Shown in pieces: positions 1 to 9,063 of a stretch of 38,944 bases of DNA (position 1 is its first letter; each line of letters opens with the position of its first letter). The stretch is taken from NCBI GenBank assembly GCA_001179505.1, contig CDMY01000631.1:1-38944 (forward strand), written 5' to 3'. This DNA is from Vitrella brassicaformis CCMP3155. Taxonomy: Eukaryota > Protista > Chromerida. Under the pieces are notes generated by a model. The model was not told the origin of the DNA. It was given only the letters and a program-made list of their open reading frames with translations, and did no database searches. The position numbers and the translations under genes were made by a program.

Positions 1-184
1 ACCTCCCGATCCTTGAAGTACTCCAACACCTGAAAGATGGGTCGATGGCTGAATGCATGTTCAGAGCTGGGCTTCGCGTGAGAGAGAGGTGGTGCGTACG
101 TCTGGCCTGACAGAGTCGAGGTCGCCACATATGTGCGACGGCAGAAGCAGCGGCTCGTCAGGACCGACAAACGCTGATTCGTCG

Positions 185-215
<31 letters not shown>

Positions 216-1577
216 GACACATGCGCCACAACCGCTATGCCATGGTGCTGTGTGTATATTACAATACCCACCAGCGAGTGACATCATCGACGGCCGTCTT
301 GTGGCCCTCCGTATGAGCGACAGCCGACCGGCGTGTTCGCACCTGCTCCCATCCCTGAAACACACATGCATTCACACGCGTCTCGTATCAGAAGGCACAT
401 GTGGGCACCCACATGCGCCGTATGAACTCAAGAGTGCACAGGAATGGCGTGAGCACCTTTTGTGTTTGATGGCTGGCACGGACATGGACCTTGCCGGCTG
501 AGGTATCGCCGCCTCGTCGATCCTACACACATGCATCCATAAAGTGCATTGTTGCACCATCCATCAGCTCAGTGCGCGGTGTCCATCAATGTGCCAACCA
601 CACCTTTCCAGCGGGGTGCTGTCATCGTGCCCGTTGTCGCTCTTCTGCTTGCCGTTGATGCGCGCCTCGTGCTCACGAGTGAACTGACAGACAGCAAAAG
701 AGAGAGGGAGAGAGAGAGAGAGAGAGAGGCGAGGCACATTCAAACAGACAGACAGACAGGCAGACAGACAGGTGTGGGGCTGTGTGAGAGTGTCACAGGC
801 AGGTACCCACCTGATCGTACAGGCGGTTTGCGCCGCCGTCCGCGCACACGACAATGGTGGAGAGGCGCATGAGCGCGGGCACGTAGTCGGGCAGCGGCCG
901 ATTCAACAGGATCACGTGAAGCCTGGCGGATGAATGGATTGAATCGAATCAACACATGGACACGACACACGTGTGTGTGGGTTGGTGGATGGCATGTGCA
1001 GGTGTGCACGGTACCTACCGTGCGTCTTGGTAGCTGGAGAGCTGCCTCTTCCGCCCAATCAGGTCCAGGAAGGACAGATCCACTGACGAGATCAGACACA
1101 TGCACACAGCGACAGAGCGGCGTGTGTGAGCGGTCTGTGTGCGCATCTTCATCCACACGTGTGTGCTTGTTTGCCCACCAACTCGGTGCCTCTCCTCTGC
1201 GCTCGTCGCCAGCGACATAGACAGCGACAGCTGCCGAGCACAACCAACACACACACCACACGCACACACACACACACACACACACGCAGGCACCTCTTTG
1301 CCTGCCTCAGTCCCGACAGCATGGACATGGACGTAGGTACCTTCATGCGCGCCTCTCTCCTCGACAAGTGGACTGACGGCCGCACAGACGCACCGATGCC
1401 AGGCACACGCACACCTACACACGAAGGAATGACACCGCACACGACACTCACTCACACAGACACACACACCTGCCCGACTGCTGCTTGCTTGTGCACCCGC
1501 CTGCAGTGAGTGACACATCGTCGTGCAGCAGTCGCCTCACGCGCCGGGGACACCCCGCAATGAACGACGACCGGCGA
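1..1577 (-). CDS. TPK1: Thiamine pyrophosphokinase, exons 2-11 (3' end runs off the window start)
   Basis: Spliced translation gives ...RHRVVDLSFLDLIG...LHVILLNRPLPDYVPALMRLSTIVVCADGGANRLYDQ...LLLPSHICGDLDSVRPDVLEYFKDRE. CADGGAN and GDLDS are TPK catalytic-domain motifs. Phases are consistent across GT-AG introns; an internal Met lies at 1218. Confidence 0.92.
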
Positions 1578-1587
1578 CTGCAGGCAA
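1339..1587. repeat. 249-bp direct repeat, copy 1 (identical to 4264-4512)
   Basis: Visual base-by-base comparison from accttcatgcgc to ctgcaggcaa, offset 2925; the copies diverge immediately afterwards (tatcgac vs accagca). Confidence 0.95.
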
Positions 1588-1601
1588 TATCGACACCTCT
1601 T

Positions 1602-1934
1602 TGTCTATGAGTGTGTGTGTGTGCAGATACTTGACAGCCACGCACCCCCCCGACACACAAGTGTGTGTGTGTGTGTGCAGCAGCAAGCCCGCCACGCACC
1701 CTCCCTGTCTATGAGTGTGTGTGTGTGCAGATACTCGACAGCCACGCACCCCCCCGACACACAAGTGCGTGTGTGTGCAGCAGCAAGCCCGCCACGCACC
1801 CTCCCTGTCTATGAGTGTGTGTGTGTGCAGATACTCGACAGCCACGCACCCCTCCGCCGCACAAGTGTGTGTGTGTGTGCAGCAGCAAGCCCGCCACGCA
1901 CCCTCCCTGTCTATGAGTGTGTGTGTGTGTGCAG
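1602..1934. repeat. Higher-order tandem repeat, ~102-bp unit x3.3, each unit two ~50-bp subunits ending in (GT)nGCAG
   Basis: Units start at 1602, 1706, 1806 and 1908 (tgtctatgag); both subunits share gccacgcaccc. Confidence 0.93.
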
Positions 1935-2212
1935 CGGCAGGGAGAGAGCAATGTGTCGCAATGAGTTCAGTGTCTTCACCCGACGAGCGGCAGAATGGTC
2001 AGACGTTTCCACACACCCACCCACCCACCCACACAGAGAGAGAGAGAGAGAGATTGGCCACACACAGAGATATCCGCCCTCTCTTTCTCTGTCGATGCAG
2101 CCGGCCATTGAAGCGCAGCACACACGCACACGCACAATGCACGAGCCATGCTCCTTGTGAGTGCTGTTTGACGGCAGCAGCACCCTCAGCGCTGAGATAA
2201 AGACCGGCTGAG

Positions 2213-2322
2213 AGGCCGGCGGAACTTTTGAAGGGCAGCAGAGGGCAGCAGAGGGCAGCAGAGGGGCCGGCGGAACTCTTGTGGGGCAGCAGAGGGGCGA
2301 GCGGAACTTTTGAAGGGGCGGC
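2213..2322. repeat. Short degenerate repeat cluster (gggcagcaga x4; gcggaact(t/c)tt x3)
   Basis: Seen directly in the putative 3' region of the retroelement. Confidence 0.8.
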
Positions 2323-2944
2323 AAGGTCCCCCTGGCTCCCTCCAGATGCTCAGCCGTATGCACACAGAAACAAACGTCCTCCAGAAAGTTCCGCAATTGC
2401 TCCAAAAGTCCCGCTGCCCACACCACCGTCAAGCCCTCTCGCTGGCGGACAGAATGATTTGGAAAATGCCTAAGGAAATGCATGCCTCGTCGAGGCGCAG
2501 ATGGGTCGTGACGCGTCGCACACAACACCAAGCATTCGGAATGTGCCTCCTCCTTGTGTGACGTCACCGTGAGCCCTCGAGCCTCTGGCACCAGGGACCT
2601 AAGTATGTCCTCGCCCAACACGGTGACATAAAGGACGGCAATGCATCCACCCACTTCCTGGTGGTCTGCAGAAGGAGCATCTGACCAGCACCAAGCACAG
2701 CTACGGCTCAAGCCAACGAAGGAGAGCATGTCAGGAGTCCGTGTGTTAACGAATAATGACCCTTTCGTAATGAAGACGATGGTAAGTTTGTTGTGGGGCA
2801 CCGGGACGGAGCCAACAGACTTGGCGCAATGCGGCCATCTCTGACACATACAGGGGGGGAAACTGTCATTAACCGTAAGACTCGTCTGTGTGTCCGTGAT
2901 ACTCATACAAATACAGTCCCATCAGCACGCAGAGTCAAACAGGC

Positions 2945-3963
2945 TCAAGGGGAGGAGGGATCAATCCCCGCTCCATCAAGACACCCCAGTCCTGCAAACC
3001 CTCCCCTCCCTCCCCCACGCAGACAGAAGCTAGTCGCACGTGCGAGGGCGATAGACAAGCGAGAGCGAATCCATCCAGACACATGACTGAACCCCCAACC
3101 CTTCCACCCCTCCTTCTCCAACAGCGCATGAGCCATGTGGGCGATGAACACGTTAGCATCGTGTCCCCACACACCGTCACACGTCAACACCAGAGGGCAG
3201 AAGGTCACGCGGGAGTCGCAGACGGCCGAGCGCTATTTGTTCTTCTTGGCGGTCTCGTGCTGCTTCAGGATGGACTTGGTCGATCGGTTCTTGGAAGCGT
3301 AAGACGTTGCGTCAGGATCCGTAATACAGATGTCAAACGACGCAGCCGCCTGCCGCTCCCACACGCCCCGAGCGACGATGTCCGCCCTGACCCCACCCTC
3401 CCCCTCCTCTCCCTCCTTCAACACCACCTCCCGACGCACACCAGCGTCCCCCCACGCCATCCCAATCAGCTCGGCAAAAGTGTCCCGCAGCTCGTCGTGG
3501 CGACGAATCACCAGGCCGTACCGCTTGCAGCACAGCGCATGGTCGACGGTGAGGGGCTGGTTGCAGTGGTCGCAGCGTGCAGCGAGGCCGGGGGGGTGAC
3601 GGCCGTAACGCATGTTGAGGGCATCTCGAAACTCCGCAGCATCAAGACCAGTGTTGTTGTCTGTCGACGGGAGGGTGGTCAGCCAGCCGGACGTCTTGTA
3701 CTCGGCGCTGCGGGAGAGGACGCGATGGCGCCGGCGGTCGATGTGCGGCAGGGCGGCCTCCCTCTTGGTCTTGTGGGCGACGTCCTGCTGCTGCTTGCTC
3801 CGGGTGAGGGCGTGGCGGATGGTGGCACGATGGTCGCCAGGGTGGAACGGAGCCTTGCCTTGGACGGACTTGGAGACCACCTTGGTGCTCGCGCGGGAAG
3901 CGGGGTAGGCGGCTGCGGCACGGTCGAGAGGGTCACGTATGCCGGTGCCGCCATGCCGGGCAG
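2945..3963 (-). pseudogene. Retrotransposon ORF C-terminus interrupted by an in-frame TAG at 3233-3235
   Basis: ORFs 3233..3880 and 2945..3208 share a frame; the junction reads KKNK*RSAVCDSRVTFCPLV where the family motif is KK.KY. Confidence 0.85.
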
Positions 3964-4263
3964 NNNNNNNNNNNNNNNNNNNNNNNNNNNNNNNNNNNNN
4001 NNNNNNNNNNNNNNNNNNNNNNNNNNNNNNNNNNNNNNNNNNNNNNNNNNNNNNNNNNNNNNNNNNNNNNNNNNNNNNNNNNNNNNNNNNNNNNNNNNNN
4101 NNNNNNNNNNNNNNNNNNNNNNNNNNNNNNNNNNNNNNNNNNNNNNNNNNNNNNNNNNNNNNNNNNNNNNNNNNNNNNNNNNNNNNNNNNNNNNNNNNNN
4201 NNNNNNNNNNNNNNNNNNNNNNNNNNNNNNNNNNNNNNNNNNNNNNNNNNNNNNNNNNNNNNN
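3964..4263. other. Assembly gap (300 N) hiding the retroelement 5' part
   Basis: N run. Confidence 1.
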
Positions 4264-4512
4264 ACCTTCATGCGCGCCTCTCTCCTCGACAAGTGGACTG
4301 ACGGCCGCACAGACGCACCGATGCCAGGCACACGCACACCTACACACGAAGGAATGACACCGCACACGACACTCACTCACACAGACACACACACCTGCCC
4401 GACTGCTGCTTGCTTGTGCACCCGCCTGCAGTGAGTGACACATCGTCGTGCAGCAGTCGCCTCACGCGCCGGGGACACCCCGCAATGAACGACGACCGGC
4501 GACTGCAGGCAA
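4264..4512. repeat. 249-bp direct repeat, copy 2 (starts at the N-gap edge, so the true length is at least 249 bp)
   Basis: Identical to 1339-1587 and continues into native TPK1 intron 1 and exon 1. Confidence 0.95.
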
Positions 4513-4750
4513 ACCAGCACACGAAAGACAACAATCACACACACAATCACACACAATCAGCAGATAGATAACCAAATCAAATGCCGTCTGACTCTCATTG
4601 ATCAATGAGATGATTCACCCACCTGTCTGACAGCAGGCTACTGACGGCGCCCCCCATGACAATGGCGGAAAGCACCAGCAGCAACTGCACCAGCGGCAGC
4701 AATCGCAGCAGCGGCAGCACAACCACAGCGCGATGGACGCAGCGAAGCAT
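4266..4750 (-). CDS. TPK1: TPK1 5' exons: exon 1 (4750-4623) plus a second copy of exons 2-3 (4502-4426, 4297-4266); signal-peptide/transit-like leader
   Basis: ATG at 4750 gives MLRCVHRAVVVLPLLRLLPLVQLLLVLSAIVMGGAVSSLLSD, donor AG|gtgggt, acceptor ttgcctgcag. It joins in frame to SRRSSFIAGCPRRVRRLLHDDVSLTA-VHLSRREARMK-LSLSMSLAT only if a GC donor (CAG|gcgggt) is used. Confidence 0.68.
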
Positions 4751-4821
4751 ATATTAGACCATGGCCGCCATCAGAGTCTCCTGCTCTGTCTGCTTCTCTC
4801 GCGAGGGATTTCTCTTTCCCC

Positions 4822-4829
4822 TGCGAGCT
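4822..4829 (+). promoter_or_regulatory. Candidate promoter motif TGCGAGCT (TPK1/ERH divergent interval)
   Basis: Context TTCCCCTGCGAGCT, a 14-bp match to the copy at 28844-28857; about 35 nt upstream of the ERH ATG. Confidence 0.6.
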
Positions 4830-4864
4830 TGGCAACAAAGGCCAAGAAGAAGGGGCGGCTCAGG

Positions 4865-5427
4865 ATGGCTGACAGGGTGAGTGACACTGGCAGACAGCAA
4901 AGCGAATACCTCCATCCATGAAATTGCGTATGTGTGTTGTGTGCGCGTGTCAGGAGGACAGCACGCTGCTGCTGGTCAAGTTTTCAACGCACCGTGACTC
5001 GCGCACCTACGTCGAGTACAGGGACCTCAAACACGCGCTGGAAGGTGGGCCAGCTGGCAGCAAGCAGCCAGCCACTGTGCAATTGATTTGATTGCCACTG
5101 GTCGTGTCTTCGCGTGGTGTGTGCAGGTGTGTGTCAGTTGTACGAGTCTGGCCTGAAGGCTGTCAACCCCAATATCCGGAACATCACCTACGACCTCAAT
5201 GACCTATTCGGTACTTCTGATGGTGGATGGCGGACCACCATATCTGATCTGCACGGCTGGCTCTCTTTGCTCTCTTTGCAGGTTACATCAATTCATTGCA
5301 GGAGATCGTGTGTTTCACGCCCACGCTGGACCGGGAGCGGCGGGTGGTGGGCTACAGGCGGCTGGACCGGGCGCAGATCAAGGACGCCCTCTTCACTCAC
5401 CTCAAGAGACAGGCTGAGGACAGCTGA
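4865..5427 (+). CDS. ERH: Enhancer of rudimentary homolog, 4 exons (4865-4876, 4954-5044, 5127-5210, 5282-5427)
   Basis: MADREDSTLLLVKFSTHRDSRTYVEYRDLKHALEGVCQLYESGLKAVNPNIRNITYDLNDLFGYINSLQEIVCF...IKDALFTHLKRQAEDS*. Matches the ERH pattern T(I/L)LLV...RTY...GVC..YE..LK..NP...ITYD...LF. Confidence 0.96.
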
Positions 5428-6912
5428 GCTGAGCGGCCGCCATGTATTGTGATCGTACAGCTACCAGCTGGTAGACAGACAGACTGCCGGTCGGTGCATT
5501 CACACGTCAGGCCCTTCATCCACGTGGCACATGCACACGTGTGTGGTGTGCGCGCGTGGATGGACCGCCCTGTGTGTGGGTGTGAAGGGTGTCTGTCTGT
5601 CTGTCTGTTTGCGTCAGCAAGAATGCGTAAGAAAGGAAAGACGGCGTGTGCAGGTTGGGGGAGGGGAGGGGGGGGTTTTTTGTCTGTCTCCGCGTGAGTG
5701 AGTGAGTGAGTGGGCAGCAGGAGCGAGCCAGGCAGGTGGGCTGTTTATCTATCTGTGCATACGACGCGTGTCTGTGTGTGTGTCCGTGTGTGTGTGCGTG
5801 TGTGTGTGTCCATCCGTGTCGACCTCCACACGTGTGGGCTTCTTCATGTGATGATTGACCTTGATCTTGACATGTGATGATTCTAGAATGGTTGATCGAA
5901 TTAGTCAAGAAGGAAGTCAGTGGAGCGATGGCTGAGAGAGAGTGAGTGAGTGAGTCAGTGCACAGCAAAGTATCGACACACACACATTCAGACAGCCACA
6001 CACACATGCACAGCATGCACGAACGGACAGACAGACGGCCACACAGATAGAGACGCAACAACACACACACACACACACACATTTGAGTGCGTTACAAATA
6101 AGGAGTGTGCACCCACACACTCACACAGCAGCCGCCCACACGCAGAGAGAGAGAGAGAGAGATGGGGGGCAGCCATGCACCTATGGCATCGCATCAGGGC
6201 GGCTAATTTGCCTTCCTGTCTGTCTGTCTCACTGAGTGGCTGGATCGGGTCGACCGAAGGAAGAGGCCACCGCCCCCCCGGCTGTCTGTCTACACGTCTG
6301 TACGATCAAGTTGCTATCTTTCGGCCAGCCACTGGCAAAACTCAACGGGAGGGATGCAGGCGGCCAACTGCTGTACACTGACGCACCAAGGAACGCAAAG
6401 AGGCAAACAAACCGGCAGACACAGAAAAAGGCCGACATCATGGCCATCTCATCAGGCAGGCAGGCAGTAGCTTGCAGACGTCCTTCTCTACATCAATCAG
6501 TCGACCAGGCCAGCGAGTTGGTATATGTGTGAGTGTGTAATGTGCGTCATAGGAGCGATCAGGTCATTTTTGTGTGTGTGTGTGGACAGGAACGGGTGCC
6601 GCATAGCGTATGGGTGGTCGCATCACGCTTAAATCAACGCGCACCCATCCACAACTCATCCACACCCACAGAGCGATCTGTCCGTCTGTCTGTCTACCCG
6701 CCTCTCTCTCTGTCTCTCGTGCGTCTACACGTATCAACACACCGCACCGCGCCGCACCCGGACACATACACACCACACCACACACCACACCCTTTTCTGT
6801 CTCTTTCTTTCTGTCTCGTTAATTATATTATCGCAACGCACACACAAGACGCATAGGCAGATAGATTAGATGTACATCCGGCCACGTCACCTTCCCAAAA
6901 GCGACCGATCGA

Positions 6913-7233
6913 TCACCGATGCTTGGCTGTTTCCTTTGCCTCGACCTTCTTGGACTGCGGTGAGGCTGTGGACGCCGGGCCCCCGTAGAACTGCGATATG
7001 TAGATGAACACGCCCTGCACACAATACCCAGGCAGGCACCACAGACAAGACAGCACAGAGAGACCGGCGGTCACAGGGGAGTGTGGGTGTGTGTGTGTGT
7101 GCCTTCCGAATTGTATGTGTAAGTGTGTGTGTATGGGTACCAGGACGACTACGATGATGATGAGGTTGGTGCCGAGGTTTCTGACCCACGCCGGCACCCG
7201 TGGCTTTGCCTTGTGCTCCTCCTCACCTACCAC

Positions 7234-7268
<35 letters not shown>

Positions 7269-8722
7269 CGTGTGTGTGTTTGTGTGTCTGTGGGTGGATG
7301 GGTGGGTCGTTGTGTGTGCCGACCGACCTTGGACCTCTACGCCGGATCCTTGTCTTAGTTTTTTGGCCTCCTGCTGCTCAAGGATGCTGTTCAAGACAAT
7401 CACCAGCCTCGCACCGGCAGTCAAGATGCGCTGCTGCATCTCCTGCACACACATACGCCGATAGAGAGATAGAAACCAGCGGCATGGCATCCGTAAGTGC
7501 GTAGTGTACCTGCCCCCATTGCCTCTCCATGTGTGGAGTGGTCTTGAAGTCGGGGACGAGCCTGACGTTCTGGGTGGGGTCCTTGTACACCTTGTTGCAC
7601 GCCACCTGCAGAGACTCGCTCGCCCACCTGCACACAAGCAGCAGCAGCAGACCATCACTACCGCGAGACGAGACGAGGTGTGGTTTGTTTGGTCAAGTGA
7701 GCACCCACCTCTCGAACAGCTCGAAGTCCTTCTCGGCCCACTCCTTCTTGTCGTTCTCATACTGGCTCTTGACCGAATTGACGTGCGTCCACCCACCGTA
7801 CCAGAAACCTTTACACACACACCCAGCCGCACACACACGTGTATGTGTATGGCTACCGATCTCGCTGTGTGTGAGAACTGACTGGTGTGCGTACCGGGCC
7901 GTTCAGCCATCATGGTTTGTGTGAGGGTGGTGTCCCATATCTCGTATAGTGAGTGGGGCTTGTTCTTGAAGGTGCCGTTAATCGCACGGCCCATGTCAGA
8001 CGCCTTGAAGCCGACCTGACGAGTGCATCGCACACACAGCAAGTGGTGCACTCTCTGTGTGTGTGACGGTGTGTCTCTCTGTGTGACGGTATGTGTGTGT
8101 GTGTGTGTGTGTGTGTGGTGGGCTGGGATGTGTACGTGTAATGGCTGGTGCAGGTCGCCGATCAGGTTGATTAGGTACTTCAGGCAATCGGCGTCCGTGA
8201 AGTGAATCCCTGACATACACACACACACACACACACACACACCAGACACACAGAGGGAGAGAGAGAGAGAGAGAGGACAACGATACTAGGTGGCTCTCCA
8301 TCCCAAGCTTATCTCATGTTACCTTCAGGGTACTTCATTTCGACAAGTTTCTTGCCGGTCAGCCGGCCGTAGAAGTGCTTCAGAGCCGCAAGGAGGCACT
8401 TGTTGTCGGGGCACTCTGACACGTCAATCTTGTCACACCGCCACTCGGTGTCCGGCTCTCCGCCAGGCTGTGGCTGGAAGTGGAGTGCGGTTGTCCAGGG
8501 GTACTGCTTGTTGACCTTGTGCGCCCACTCGGACACGTCCACGGCGTCCTTGCCGCCCATCAGCCGCTTCAGCTGTGCCAGGGCTTTCCCCTTGAGGGCC
8601 GACATGGCCGTCATGCCGATGGCCTCGTGGCCGTCTTTGTCCCACGCTCGTGCTTGGTTGTCCCGGCTGGTCATGAAGAGCGCCACGAACGACACCCACG
8701 CCCTCCATGAGAAGAGCAGCAT
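6913..8722 (-). CDS. S1/P1 nuclease-family protein with signal peptide and C-terminal TM helix, 8 exons
   Basis: Signal peptide followed by mature N-terminus WDKDGH, LHF, LINLIGDLHQPLHVGF, LYEIWD, WASES, RILTAGARLVIVLN; C-terminal NLGTNLIIIVVVLGVFIYISQF; stop at 6913. Confidence 0.92.
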
Positions 8723-8901
8723 CTGTTTCAACAGCAATTAAGCAGCTGGCAGCCGGCTGCCGGCCGGTCTGTGTGTCAGTCAGTCGAGGTCAGTCGAGCA
8801 GCGGCAACCACGGCTGAAAACAGACAGATCCTGTCGCCTCTGCTGTCCTCCCTAGTGATGCTGCGCTTGCGGCGTTCTCTCTCCGCCAGGAAGGCGATCC
8901 G

Positions 8902-8909
8902 AGCTCGCA
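8902..8909 (-). promoter_or_regulatory. Candidate promoter motif TGCGAGCT (S1-P1/RING divergent interval)
   Basis: Plus strand agctcgcaggtggaa equals minus strand TTCCACCTGCGAGCT. Confidence 0.6.
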
Positions 8910-9063
8910 GGTGGAAAAGGGGAAAAGGGGCAGAAGTGAGGGGCCAGGCGTTGGTGCTCTGTTGCGGCGGCAAAACCAAAGTAGTTTGCGACAGAGGGGA
9001 CGATAGCTGGTGCCCTTTGATCTCTCGCGAGAGGGCGGTCTGGTGTACGTCTGGTGTGGAGAG

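Larger units (their letters stand above)
1588..3963 (-). mobile_element. CRE-like non-LTR retrotransposon with restriction-like endonuclease; 3' portion, 5' part lost in the gap
   Basis: Frame reads ARHGGTGIRDP...SGWLTTLP...EFRDALNMRYG..P...CDHC...DHALCCK.YG..IRRHDELRD...RADIVARGVWERQ...FDICITDPDATSY...E..KK, then FCPLV..CDG...GWIRSRLSIALARATSFCLRG. This is the post-RT, CCHC knuckle and RLE layout of CRE-clade elements. The 1588 boundary is set by the empty-site copy; whether 1588-2944 belongs to the element is inferred. Confidence 0.82.

Noticed and set aside
1602-1934. Repeat-spacer look resembling a CRISPR array
   Set aside because: The spacers are just two alternating sequences, the repeat is a microsatellite, the context is eukaryotic and there are no cas genes.
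3233-3235. TAG reassignment or programmed readthrough
   Set aside because: The RING, SLC13 and orphan genes terminate at TAG, so the standard code applies; a point mutation is simpler.
3083-4357. 424-aa plus-strand ORF
   Set aside because: It is the antisense shadow of the GC-rich retroelement ORF, extended by Ns.
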